A stretch of 45,271 nucleotides of DNA from Deltaproteobacteria bacterium (GCA_050258655.1 JBLMZF010000121.1:1-45271), one strand, 5' to 3'. Counted from the stretch's first letter, positions 25,708 to 34,503 are shown. Notes: a model not told the origin generated them from the letters alone. Translations and numbers: made by a program.

Positions 25708-25735
25708 AGTATACCATTCCATGGCGGTTTGTCAA
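25708..25735 (-). promoter_or_regulatory. Sigma-70 promoter for nadE-sigma
   Basis: TTGACA-N16-TATACT with an extended -10 TG. Confidence 0.8.
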
Positions 25736-25761
25736 GCCTGGATCTTCCCCCGACAAAACCC

Positions 25762-25789
25762 TTGACTAAGCTTCTTTTTAACCTATTAT
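25762..25789 (+). promoter_or_regulatory. Sigma-70 promoter for pilT (divergent from nadE)
   Basis: TTGACT-N16-TATTAT; RBS AGGAG at 25811. Confidence 0.6.
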
Positions 25790-25822
25790 GGTAACCGAAA
25801 ACTAAATTACAGGAGAGTGACA

Positions 25823-27184
25823 ATGGAAAAGAGAAGCGGAAACCGTATTCCCCTCAATCTGAAAGTAGATTTTTCTCTCGCCGACGTCACCGACTGCCCC
25901 GTCAGGGAAACCACCACGAACAATCTGAGCGCGGGAGGCGTACTCCTGGTACTCAACGAACCCCTGCCGATCACCACCGTCCTCAGAGTGGTCATCCACA
26001 GCCCCCGGCTCCTCGCCCCCATCATCACCAGATGCAGGGTCGTTTGGGTCAAGGAGATCAAGCAGGGCCAGCTTTACGAGATAGGCACCTCCTTCGAGCA
26101 GATCGGGGCGAAAGACCTCGAATTCATCAAGCAGTGGACCAAGACCGTCGACCTTGACGGCCTGCTGGCCGCCGCGGTCAAGAAGAACGCCTCCGACATC
26201 CACCTGGTAGGAGGCCACGCCCCGGTCGCGCGCATCTACGGCGAACTCACGGCCATGCCGGGCAGACCGCTGACCGCGGAAGAGGTGCGGGGCCTGATCC
26301 ACGGCCTGCTGACCGAAGAACAGCGCGCCAGGTTCGAGGAGGAACTCGAGCTGGATATATCCTACGCCAATGATACCGGCCGCTTCCGCGTCAATGTGTT
26401 CCAGGAAAAAGGGCAGCTGGGAGCAGCGTTCAGGTACATTCCTCCCGAGATAAAATCCTTCGATGAACTCGGCCTCCCCCATGTCCTGGCGGAACTGGCC
26501 CGTAAGCCAAAGGGGCTCGTTCTGGTCACGGGCCCGACCGGCAGCGGCAAAAGCACCACCCTCGCCGCCATGATCGAGCTGATCAACCGCGAGAAAAAAG
26601 CGGTGATCATGAGCCTCGAGGAGCCGATCGAGTTCCTCTACAAATCGAAGCGCAGTATCATCACTCAGAGGGAGATCGGCATAGACTCCCGCTCTTTCAC
26701 CGACGCCCTCAAGTACGTTGTCAGGCAGGACGTGGACGTCATCCTGATCGGCGAGATCCGCGACCTCAATTCCATCTCGGTCGCCCTCACCGCCGCGGAA
26801 ACCGGCCACCTGGTCCTGACCACGCTCCATACCATAGACACGATGACCAGCCTCAACAGGATCATTGACGTCTTCCCCGCCAATCAGCAGCAGCAGGTCA
26901 GATACCAGCTCGCCGAAACGCTCCAGGGAGTCGTCTCGCAGATGCTTCTGCCGCGTGCGGACGCGCCTGGCAGAGCGGTCGCTACCGAAGTCCTGGTCTG
27001 TACCTCCGCCGTCGCCAACCTGATCCGCCGTTCGAAACACGAGGAGATCCGCAATTTCCTCGAGACCGGCCACCAGTACGGCATGCACACGATGGACAAG
27101 TCCCTCCAGGACCTGTACACGAAAGGCATGATCTCGCGGGAGACGGTGCTCACCTACGCCAAAGAATTACATAAGTATCTCTAG
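25823..27184 (+). CDS. pilT: PilZ-domain-fused type IV pilus retraction ATPase (PilT/PilU family)
   Basis: N-terminal PilZ motifs RSGNR and NLSAGG; ASDIHL, RFRVNVF, Walker A GPTGSGKSTT, Walker B ILIGEIRD, AAETGHLV.TTLHT and AVANLIR. Confidence 0.9.
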   Translation: MEKRSGNRIPLNLKVDFSLADVTDCPVRETTTNNLSAGGVLLVLNEPLPITTVLRVVIHSPRLLAPIITRCRVVWVKEIKQGQLYEIGTSFEQIGAKDLEFIKQWTKTVDLDGLLAAAVKKNASDIHLVGGHAPVARIYGELTAMPGRPLTAEEVRGLIHGLLTEEQRARFEEELELDISYANDTGRFRVNVFQEKGQLGAAFRYIPPEIKSFDELGLPHVLAELARKPKGLVLVTGPTGSGKSTTLAAMIELINREKKAVIMSLEEPIEFLYKSKRSIITQREIGIDSRSFTDALKYVVRQDVDVILIGEIRDLNSISVALTAAETGHLVLTTLHTIDTMTSLNRIIDVFPANQQQQVRYQLAETLQGVVSQMLLPRADAPGRAVATEVLVCTSAVANLIRRSKHEEIRNFLETGHQYGMHTMDKSLQDLYTKGMISRETVLTYAKELHKYL

Positions 27185-27188
27185 CTTG

Positions 27189-27293
27189 TAGACGTTGTAT
27201 GTAAGTTAAAAGAAAACAGGGAGTTACAAAACAAACATATTTGTTTTGCAACTCCCTGTTTCCCTAAAACTTACATACAACATACAACGTCTA
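27189..27293. repeat. ~105-bp imperfect inverted repeat between convergent genes (MITE/REPIN-like or bidirectional terminator)
   Basis: TAGACGTTGTATGTAAGTT...AAACAGGGAGTTACAAAACAAA-CATA-TTTGTTTTGCAACTCCCTGTTT...AACTTACATACAACATACAACGTCTA. Confidence 0.75.
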
Positions 27294-27321
27294 TGAAACT
27301 GTCGTCGGCAGCGCCAAAGGT

Positions 27322-27732
27322 TTACTTCCCCTCTCCCTCTTCCTCGTTCCCGATCTCGACTTTCTTGATCAGCTTGAGATTGCTGTCGTACTTATAGAGG
27401 TCGTCACCGTAAAGGACGATCACGCCGCCCTTGTTGGAAGGGACTATAGCCGCCGCGCGTCCGCCCATCATCTTCCCGCACTTCTGCATGCACATGCCCA
27501 TCCCCCCGCCTTTCCCCATGGGGCTCATGCCTTTTCCCATGCCCATGCCTTCTCCCTCGCCTTTTTCGGCCAGATACGGGCATTTGCCGGAACCCATCGA
27601 AGGCGGCATCATCATGTGGCTTTCGTTCTTTTCCTGCCTGGTTGCGTTCTGCTGCGTGGCATTCTGGTCCTGCGCAAGGCAAGCGGCGGGCAGCGCGAGG
27701 CAGAACATGATCAAGACGATTCTCTTACCCAT
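27322..27732 (-). CDS. Secreted hypothetical protein with a Met/Gly-rich segment
   Basis: RBS AAGGAGG, signal peptide, and MMMPPSMG...GMGMGKGMSPMGKGGGMGMCMQKCGKMMGG. Confidence 0.7.
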   Translation of the reverse strand: MGKRIVLIMFCLALPAACLAQDQNATQQNATRQEKNESHMMMPPSMGSGKCPYLAEKGEGEGMGMGKGMSPMGKGGGMGMCMQKCGKMMGGRAAAIVPSNKGGVIVLYGDDLYKYDSNLKLIKKVEIGNEEEGEGK

Positions 27733-27773
27733 GGTAGACCTCCTTTTGTGGGGGATCGGTTTAATACTCTATT

Positions 27774-29771
27774 TTATACCCTGGTAGGCATGATGACAAA
27801 CGGAATGCCTTCGCGGTAGAGCTTGCGCTGGATGGAAAGGACGGTGTAGTTGTGCAGGAAACGCGTGAAATAGGTGTCGCTGGGGAATATCAACTGGCCG
27901 CCAAAAAAGACGGAGTTGGGATATTTCCCCCTTATCTGCGGAGCGAGCTTGACCATGGCGTCCACTACGTCGATGCCAAGCGTGTGGAAAGAGTCGGCGT
28001 GATAGTTGTTCTTCCTCATGAACGTCACATACCGGCCCAGGTCCTGACGCACGCGTTTCTCAAGGTTGTTGATCTCGTCAGTGCCCTTGAACGTGCCCAC
28101 GTCGACCACTCCCACTTCCACGAAGATGAAGTTCTTGAAGCCTCCGAACATGCGCAGTACGGCGAACAGGGTGTGAAGGCCGAGGCCGTCGAAACCGCGC
28201 ACCAGCATGACCGCGGTCTTGTCCTTCGGATTGAACGGCTCGTGCTGGCGTTCCTTGGCGAGGCTGGCCATGAAATCCTGGTCTGAAAGCTCGGCAGCCA
28301 CCACCAGCGTATTAAGCCTCTTAAGGAGCTCTGCCGTCTCCCGATAATGCTTCTTGATCTGGAACGCTAAGACCACAAAGAGGCCGGTGATAAGCAGCGT
28401 AAGCCACCCTCCCTCCTTGAACTTGAACACGAGCATGGACAGCAGGATGAAAGCGGTCAGCCCCAGACCGATACCATTGATGGCCAGCTTCCGCCCCCAG
28501 CCCTTTTCCGTCGAACGGACCATCCACCAATGGCGCACCATGCCCAGCTGGGAAAGGGAGAACGTGATGAACACGTTGATCGAGTAAAGGACGACCAGGA
28601 AACTGACCGAGCCGCGGCTGAAAAACAGCAGGAAGAGCGAGAGGCAGCTCATCAGGAAGATGCCGTTCTGGATCACCAGCCGGTCGCTGAGCATCGAGAA
28701 ACGCACAGGCATCCAGCGGTCCTTGGCCATGTTAGCCATGACACGGGGACCGCCGAGGAACCCGGTCTGCGCCGCGACGAACAGGAGCGTGGCTTCGGCA
28801 AACAGCGCGACAAAAACGAATATTTTCCCCCAGCCGCCGCCCCAGTCTGCCGTCGCCGCTTCAAAAAGCACGGCGTTGAGCGTCTTGCCCGGGGCCATGC
28901 TGACCTGATAAAGCAGGTACGCCACCATAAGCCCGAGGACGACGAACGAAAGCGAGACCGCCATATACGTCATGGTCCGTTTCGCGGTCTGCACTTTCGG
29001 CTCGCGCAGCTCCGGCATACCGTTGCTCACCGCCTCTATACCTGTGTAGGTACCGGCTCCCAGGCTGTAGGAACGCAGGATCAGGAACATGACCCCTACG
29101 AAACCTACCTGGCTCAGGGTCGACCGCAGGTCGGTACGGGTCGTCAGGGCCAGCCCGGAAAAAGTGGGATAGTGCTTGAGTATCGCGTAGGCGATTATGA
29201 AGATATGGGTCAGGAGGAACACCAGGAAGATCGGGACCAGAGGCATCACCGATTCCTTGACGCCCCTCATGTTCGCCACAGTCATGAAGATGAGGATCGC
29301 GATCGCGAACGCGAGCCGGTAATGATACAAATGAGGGGGCAAAAGGCTGAAGACAGCGTCGGCGCCGCTGGCGATGGAAACCGTTACGGTGAGGACATAG
29401 TCGATTATAAGAGCGCAGCCCGAGACCATGCCCACGGTGGGCGAAAGCAGCTTGCTGGCGACAAGATACCCGCCTCCCCCTGTGGGGAACTGCTCTATGA
29501 TCTGCGTATAGCTGCTGCTGATGACGAGGATGGTGATGACGGAGGCGAGGGCGACGAAGATGCTCAGGTAATGGTGGCCTCCCAGCGCGACAAAGGCTTC
29601 CTGGGGGCCATAGCATGAGGACGAAAGGCCGTCGGCTCCCAGCCCGACCCAGGCGAAGAAAGCGACAAGCGATAGGTTATGGAAAAGGCGCCGGTCCCGG
29701 AGATTACGCTCCTGGCCGACAAGAAAACGCCATACCCTGTGCAAAAGTCCGGTTTCGTTCTTCTGGTCCAT
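27774..29771 (-). CDS. APC-superfamily permease, KimA/YdaO-like (possible K+ importer)
   Basis: DGLSSSCYGP, FPTGGGGYLVA, DYVLTVTVS, YTGIEAVSNG and LYSINVFITF, plus a C-terminal soluble domain. Confidence 0.82.
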   Translation of the reverse strand: MDQKNETGLLHRVWRFLVGQERNLRDRRLFHNLSLVAFFAWVGLGADGLSSSCYGPQEAFVALGGHHYLSIFVALASVITILVISSSYTQIIEQFPTGGGGYLVASKLLSPTVGMVSGCALIIDYVLTVTVSIASGADAVFSLLPPHLYHYRLAFAIAILIFMTVANMRGVKESVMPLVPIFLVFLLTHIFIIAYAILKHYPTFSGLALTTRTDLRSTLSQVGFVGVMFLILRSYSLGAGTYTGIEAVSNGMPELREPKVQTAKRTMTYMAVSLSFVVLGLMVAYLLYQVSMAPGKTLNAVLFEAATADWGGGWGKIFVFVALFAEATLLFVAAQTGFLGGPRVMANMAKDRWMPVRFSMLSDRLVIQNGIFLMSCLSLFLLFFSRGSVSFLVVLYSINVFITFSLSQLGMVRHWWMVRSTEKGWGRKLAINGIGLGLTAFILLSMLVFKFKEGGWLTLLITGLFVVLAFQIKKHYRETAELLKRLNTLVVAAELSDQDFMASLAKERQHEPFNPKDKTAVMLVRGFDGLGLHTLFAVLRMFGGFKNFIFVEVGVVDVGTFKGTDEINNLEKRVRQDLGRYVTFMRKNNYHADSFHTLGIDVVDAMVKLAPQIRGKYPNSVFFGGQLIFPSDTYFTRFLHNYTVLSIQRKLYREGIPFVIMPTRV

Positions 29772-29783
29772 TGTGAACGGGTC

Positions 29784-30203
29784 CTAGCCTTGCCGCTGGG
29801 CCGCGGCGATGTCGAGGTTCCTGACGCCGATCGCGTTGAGGACATCGAGGACTGACACGACGTCCTGGAACCTGACCAGTTTCTCGGAGCGGATGACGAC
29901 GGAGACGTCGGGGTTGTCCCTGTACCGCTGACCGATCCGTTTCTTCAGCTCTTCCCTCGTCACCACCTCGTCATTCAGGTAGACGATCCCCTCATCGGTG
30001 ATCGTGACGAACGCCGGCCCCTTGTCCGCGGAGGACTTCGCGCTCTGCGCCTCCGGCAGGTCCACCTTGACGTTGATACTGCCCTGCGAGATGAGCGGGG
30101 TGGCGATCATGAAGATGATCAGGAGCACGAGGATCACGTCCGTGAACGGCGTGATGTTTATCTCGGCTTCGACTTTCCTCCGTATCCGTTTGTGCTGGAT
30201 CAT
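29784..30203 (-). CDS. exbD: ExbD/TolR family protein
   Basis: EINITPFTDVILVLLIIFMIATP signature. Confidence 0.9.
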   Translation of the reverse strand: MIQHKRIRRKVEAEINITPFTDVILVLLIIFMIATPLISQGSINVKVDLPEAQSAKSSADKGPAFVTITDEGIVYLNDEVVTREELKKRIGQRYRDNPDVSVVIRSEKLVRFQDVVSVLDVLNAIGVRNLDIAAAQRQG

Positions 30204-30808
30204 TTTTTGGTCAGCAGATTCAAAGTCTCGGAGGCGCTCAGCTCCATATCGGTGGCAAAGGTCTCGATCCTGCGGCTGAAATAGTTATAGGCGATGACGG
30301 CGGGGATGGCGACGGCAAGCCCGGCGGCGGTGCAAACCAGCGCCTCGGAGATGCCGTTGACGACCACGTTTATGCCGCTGCCGCTCGAAGCGGCGATGTC
30401 CCGGAAGGCGCGGATGATGCCCAGGACGGTGCCAAAGAGGCCGATGTAGACCGCGGTGCTGCCGATGGTGGCGGTGATGCTGGTAAAGCGCTCAAGCGCC
30501 GCAGTTTCGATGATCATCTGCCGTTCCATGCAATCACTTATCTCCTTGTCCGGGGCGCCTTTGGCGTCCAGCCCGGCAAGCACGACGCTGGCGAACGGCG
30601 CCTGGGTAAGATGGCAGACGGCCTTGGCCTTATCGGCGCCGTGTTTGGCAAACTCGCTGCGTATCTGGCCCATGAAATCGGCGCGGCGCACCCGTGACCG
30701 CTTCCTATAATAGAGGACCCTTTCGACTATGACAGTCAGGGAAAGGAGCGAACAGAGCAGAAGCACATATATCGTGACGCCGCCGGCTTTAAGGACATTC
30801 CAGATCAT
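30200..30808 (-). CDS. exbB: MotA/TolQ/ExbB proton channel protein
   Basis: TIGSTAVYIGLFGTVLGII and GISEALVCTAAGLAVAIPAVIAYNYF. Confidence 0.9.
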   Translation of the reverse strand: MIWNVLKAGGVTIYVLLLCSLLSLTVIVERVLYYRKRSRVRRADFMGQIRSEFAKHGADKAKAVCHLTQAPFASVVLAGLDAKGAPDKEISDCMERQMIIETAALERFTSITATIGSTAVYIGLFGTVLGIIRAFRDIAASSGSGINVVVNGISEALVCTAAGLAVAIPAVIAYNYFSRRIETFATDMELSASETLNLLTKK

Positions 30809-30863
30809 TGTCGGGCTCCTTGATTAGCGGGTATCGTGATAACGGACGTATAGTATTCAGAGT

Positions 30864-30892
30864 AGTCTACTTCCAAAGGCGGGAATTGTCAA
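30864..30892 (-). promoter_or_regulatory. Sigma-70 promoter for exbB-exbD-APC
   Basis: TTGACA-N17-TAGACT; the -35 box overlaps the dedA TGA stop. Confidence 0.65.
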
Positions 30893-31479
30893 GAACTGGT
30901 GGTTTTGGCCGATACGCGCCTCTTTTTGAGGTAAAACAGCGTGCCCAGGACCGCCGCGGCAAGCGCCAGCCCCAGGAACGCGAGCTTGTAATACTTGACG
31001 AAGAACGAGCCGAAAAGCGCCAGCAGGAATATCCTCGGCAGGACGCCGATGAGGGTGAAAATGACGAAGACGACAAGCGGGGTCCGGACGATGCCGGAAG
31101 CGATCGAGAACACCTTGAAGGGGATGACCGGGGTCAACCTCCCCCCCAGCACTCCCCAGGCGCCGTATTTTCTCGCAAATGACTCCGCTTTCTCAAGGTG
31201 GTGAGGTTTTATGAAGAAATATTTCCCGAACTTGAGTATGAAGGGATACCCGGCATACCGCCCGAGGAAATAGCCGCAGATACCTCCCAGGGTGGAACCG
31301 ATACCGCCGAAGATGATGATCGAAGGCAGCGGAACGCCGATGGCGCCCGCTCCGACGATGATAAGCTCCGACGGTATGGGGACGATGCTCGATTCCAGGA
31401 ACATCGCGGCGAAAACGCCAAGATCCCCCCAGCGGGAGACGAGGTCAAGAAGTTGGCCCTGCAGCAGTTGTTCGTTCAT
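30889..31479 (-). CDS. DedA family membrane protein
   Basis: MFLESSIVPIPSELI, GSTLG...GY.LGR and GRLTPVIP. Confidence 0.9.
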   Translation of the reverse strand: MNEQLLQGQLLDLVSRWGDLGVFAAMFLESSIVPIPSELIIVGAGAIGVPLPSIIIFGGIGSTLGGICGYFLGRYAGYPFILKFGKYFFIKPHHLEKAESFARKYGAWGVLGGRLTPVIPFKVFSIASGIVRTPLVVFVIFTLIGVLPRIFLLALFGSFFVKYYKLAFLGLALAAAVLGTLFYLKKRRVSAKTTSS

Positions 31480-31485
31480 GTTAAC

Positions 31486-31514
31486 ACTATAACAAACAGG
31501 CGCCGGACCGGCAA
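31486..31514 (-). promoter_or_regulatory. Promoter predicting a leaderless dedA mRNA
   Basis: TTGCCG-N17-TATAGT followed by only 6 nt before the ATG; no Shine-Dalgarno. Confidence 0.6.
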
Positions 31515-31521
31515 GGAATAG

Positions 31522-31989
31522 TTATCTCCTGCTCTCGAGCTTACCGCCGCAGCCGATCGTGAGGATGTCACCGATATCAGCCCTGATGATACCGAAATCC
31601 TTCGGGAACGCTATCTCCACCATCTTGCTTTTCCTGTTGGCTTCCAGGCTGGCAAGGACACGGTCGGCTGTAAGGCTTATCTCACGCTGCTCCAACAGCC
31701 CGATCAGCCTGTCGTACTCCTTGCCTTTCCTGAGCAGCCGCGCCGTCCCGTTGAGCTGGAACCCCTCGAGCGTATCATAATTCAGCACTGCCAGTGACAG
31801 CACCGGCTGCCTCGAAAGGTTGTCCCAGGTCTTACCGAGCACGAAGTCGGCCAGGAAGAGCGTATCACACTCGACGCTTATGAGGAATTTGGGGGCCACA
31901 TAGGGTTTTCCGCCATCGTAGACGGTGGCGACATAAAGGAATTCGGCCGTCCGGAGGAATTGCCGCAGACTTTCGCTGAGCAGGCTCAT
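31522..31989 (-). CDS. Pyridoxamine 5'-phosphate oxidase-family (FMN split-barrel) protein
   Basis: YVATV..GKPYVAPK, LADF..GKTWDNL..P and GFQLNGTA. Confidence 0.75.
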   Translation of the reverse strand: MSLLSESLRQFLRTAEFLYVATVYDGGKPYVAPKFLISVECDTLFLADFVLGKTWDNLSRQPVLSLAVLNYDTLEGFQLNGTARLLRKGKEYDRLIGLLEQREISLTADRVLASLEANRKSKMVEIAFPKDFGIIRADIGDILTIGCGGKLESRR

Positions 31990-31990
31990 G

Positions 31991-32476
31991 CTAGGCAGTC
32001 TTTCTTGGATGCGGGATGGGGCATGTATGTTTCTCCCATACCTGCTCGATGAATCTGTTCCTGCCCGAGCCCTCTCGGTAAAGCTGGTAACGCATGGGCT
32101 GTTTCTCGTAATACTCCTGATGATACTCTTCAGCGGGATAGAACTTCACGGCGGGAAGGATCTGCGTAACGACCGGCGCGGGAAAAAGGCCGCATTCCTG
32201 GACTTCTTTCCTCGATTCCTCCGCGACCTTCTTCTGCGCTTCATCGAGATAGAAAACAGCGGTGCGGTACTGCGTGCCGCGGTCCGCGAACTGGCCACCG
32301 GCGTCCGTCGGGTCGATCTGCCGCCAGAAGATCTCCAGAAGCTGGCGGTAGGTTATCTTATCGGGGTCATACGTGACCTCGACCGCCTCGTAGTGGCCGG
32401 TCTTGCCCGAGCATACCTCCGGAACCGCGTCGATGACGCCCTTGTTATACTCAAACGCCGCTTTTTCTTTTCTCAT
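31991..32476 (-). CDS. msrA: MsrA homologue lacking the catalytic GCFWx motif (degenerate gene or pseudoenzyme)
   Basis: EVCSGKTGHYEAVEVTYDP, IDPTDAGGQFADRGTQYR and FYPAEEYHQ.YY are present. The N-terminus EKAAF-EYNKGVIDAV-PEVC lacks GGCFWC and SGY.GG. Confidence 0.8.
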   Translation of the reverse strand: MRKEKAAFEYNKGVIDAVPEVCSGKTGHYEAVEVTYDPDKITYRQLLEIFWRQIDPTDAGGQFADRGTQYRTAVFYLDEAQKKVAEESRKEVQECGLFPAPVVTQILPAVKFYPAEEYHQEYYEKQPMRYQLYREGSGRNRFIEQVWEKHTCPIPHPRKTA

Positions 32477-32519
32477 AAAAAAGCCTCCTCCTTATATTTT
32501 ACCTCGTCTCGGGAGAGGC

Positions 32520-33014
32520 TTAAATATATTTGAGGATCTTCTTCCAGGCGTTGAGTTTCCTGCGGTAGCTCATCGCGGCGTGGGCGGGACTTGTCTGGGG
32601 AAGGTATTCGACGTGGGTTCCGGGGAAGGAGAAGTTCTCATGAAAAAGCTTCTCGGCCTTGTGGCCGTTGAGGAAGATAGCTTTAAGCTCGGGATGGGCC
32701 TTTACCATCCGGGGTATCCGGTTAAGCTTCCGGGGTACGATGGAAATATCCTGGCTCCCGACGATCGAACATTCATCGACGACGTCCCAGAGCCCAATCG
32801 CATGCTTTTTCAGCAGCGCTTTCCTTGCTTGGTACCGGTCCGGCACCTTGCCGCCGTTGAGCAGGTCTCCCATGATCCGCCAGAAAGCGTTATGGGGATT
32901 CGCGTACGACTGTTTCTTCTTCCTGGCCATGGCACCGGCGAAGGACCCAAGGATAAGCACTTTCACCCGTTTCCCCTCGATCGGTCCCAGGCCTTTCACG
33001 CATTTTCGTTCCAT
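32520..33014 (-). CDS. Uracil-DNA glycosylase superfamily, DNA-deoxyinosine glycosylase/MUG-like
   Basis: VLILGSF.G, YANPHNAFW, IGLWDV, IFLNG.KA and LPQTSPAHA. Confidence 0.85.
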   Translation of the reverse strand: MERKCVKGLGPIEGKRVKVLILGSFAGAMARKKKQSYANPHNAFWRIMGDLLNGGKVPDRYQARKALLKKHAIGLWDVVDECSIVGSQDISIVPRKLNRIPRMVKAHPELKAIFLNGHKAEKLFHENFSFPGTHVEYLPQTSPAHAAMSYRRKLNAWKKILKYI

Positions 33015-33020
33015 GGGAGA

Positions 33021-33641
33021 CTATTTCTGTCCCGCCCCGATGAGACCGCCCGCGATCGCGTCGGGGTCGTCGAGGATGGATCTCCTGGCTTTGCGGTCAA
33101 GGCTATAGGGGACGAAAACGCGGTGGTCGACGGGGCAGACAAAGCCTTTGACCGGAGCCGCGGCTGGCGCCCTGGTATTGACGAAGATTATCTCACCCTT
33201 CTTCTGCCTCTTCCCGTCCTTGGGCGATATCCTGGGTCCGTAGACTATCGGCAGAGGAAGCAGCTGCACCCGCCTGTGCTCCGGACACCTGCCGAACTTC
33301 AACTGCTTGCGGATGTACTCCAGCATCCGGTCGTTGAACTTGACCGCCTCCCGCTGTCCTGCCTGCAGCGCACCGGTCTTGAACTGAATGGCAAGGGTTA
33401 TGTCGCCCCTGTCCACGATGGGAGCGTTCGTGCAGGGACTGGCGTAAAAGAAGACCTTACCATCCCAGATATATATCTCCGCGAGCCTGGCGATGGCTTC
33501 ATCGCTCATCCCGCTCAGGTCATTCTTGGCTTCCGTTACCTGGGGCACGCCGAATACATCCTCATCTTTGACGGTATCCGCGGTAGTGCAGCCGGCAAAC
33601 AGGACCAGCATCAATGTCAGTACCGTCATGCTCTTGCCCAT
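33021..33641 (-). CDS. Hypothetical lipoprotein
   Basis: RBS GGAAGGAGG; lipobox LFAG-C after a hydrophobic stretch. Confidence 0.65.
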   Translation of the reverse strand: MGKSMTVLTLMLVLFAGCTTADTVKDEDVFGVPQVTEAKNDLSGMSDEAIARLAEIYIWDGKVFFYASPCTNAPIVDRGDITLAIQFKTGALQAGQREAVKFNDRMLEYIRKQLKFGRCPEHRRVQLLPLPIVYGPRISPKDGKRQKKGEIIFVNTRAPAAAPVKGFVCPVDHRVFVPYSLDRKARRSILDDPDAIAGGLIGAGQK

Positions 33642-33642
33642 T

Positions 33643-34503
33643 TTACCGGTCCTCCTTCCTCTGGAAAAGTACCGCATGCCATTTCCTGCGCCCCATCGCC
33701 TTCACTGCCCGTATCCTCCTGTCGACGAACCGCCGGCGGAAAGAGCCGTAATTCTGGTTTGAGATACCCGAGACGGCCAGCCAGCCTCCCGGCTTGACCA
33801 GCGGGATCAGCCTGTCCTTGAACTTTATCAGGTCTTCCGTGAAAAGGTTGGCGGCGACGAAACTGAAACGGCGGGCGGACGCAAAACGGGCGAAATCGGC
33901 GGCCCGCAGATGACGGTCGGGACAACCGTTGCGGCGGAAGTTCCTGCGCGCCGTCTCCACCGCCTGAGGGTCGTTATCGATGGCCCGGATGAAATGCGCG
34001 CCGTACGCGCAGGCGATCAGCGAAAGGATCCCCGAACCGGTCCCGATATCGAGGAAATCGCCGAGGTCCTCCCTGTGCCCGCGGATCATCTGCGCCACCA
34101 TTTGAGTAGTGGCATGCAGGCCGGTGCCGAAAGCGGATGTGGTATCGAGGCGCAAACCCCTCACTCCGGGAGGCGCCGACTCCCCCTGTTCCCAGACGGG
34201 GATGATCCGGATATCCCGGGTGATGTTGAAAGGCTTGAAGTATTTCTTCCAGCGGGTCTTCCAGTCGCTGTCCTTGAGACGGATCAGGGAATAGGAAATA
34301 CCTTTAAGCTTAAGGGCCTTGACCGCCTCTGCGGTCACCCGCGCCTGACGGGCCGAATCCACGAACACGGAAAGGGAGCGTTTGCCCTTCTCCTCTTTCT
34401 CGGATATCTTTTCCAGGGGGATGCCTCCCTTCAACAGCAGCAGACGCAGCAGTTCCGCCTGTCCCTTGCCGCTCTCCCTGAGCCTGAACCGGACCTCGAT
34501 CAT
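33643..34503 (-). CDS. prmA: Ribosomal protein L11 methyltransferase
   Basis: DWKTRWKKYFKP, AFGTGLHATT, LDIGTGSGILS, IDNDPQAV and LAVSGI. Start at ATG 34503 (ATGA overlap). Confidence 0.88.
   Translation of the reverse strand: MIEVRFRLRESGKGQAELLRLLLLKGGIPLEKISEKEEKGKRSLSVFVDSARQARVTAEAVKALKLKGISYSLIRLKDSDWKTRWKKYFKPFNITRDIRIIPVWEQGESAPPGVRGLRLDTTSAFGTGLHATTQMVAQMIRGHREDLGDFLDIGTGSGILSLIACAYGAHFIRAIDNDPQAVETARRNFRRNGCPDRHLRAADFARFASARRFSFVAANLFTEDLIKFKDRLIPLVKPGGWLAVSGISNQNYGSFRRRFVDRRIRAVKAMGRRKWHAVLFQRKEDR

Noticed and set aside
25802-27088. 428-aa minus-strand ORF
   Set aside because: It is antisense to the motif-complete PilZ-PilT gene.
32400-32500. Selenocysteine-type MsrA explaining the missing catalytic Cys
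   Set aside because: There is no in-frame TGA or GUFW motif in the upstream region; the motif is simply absent.
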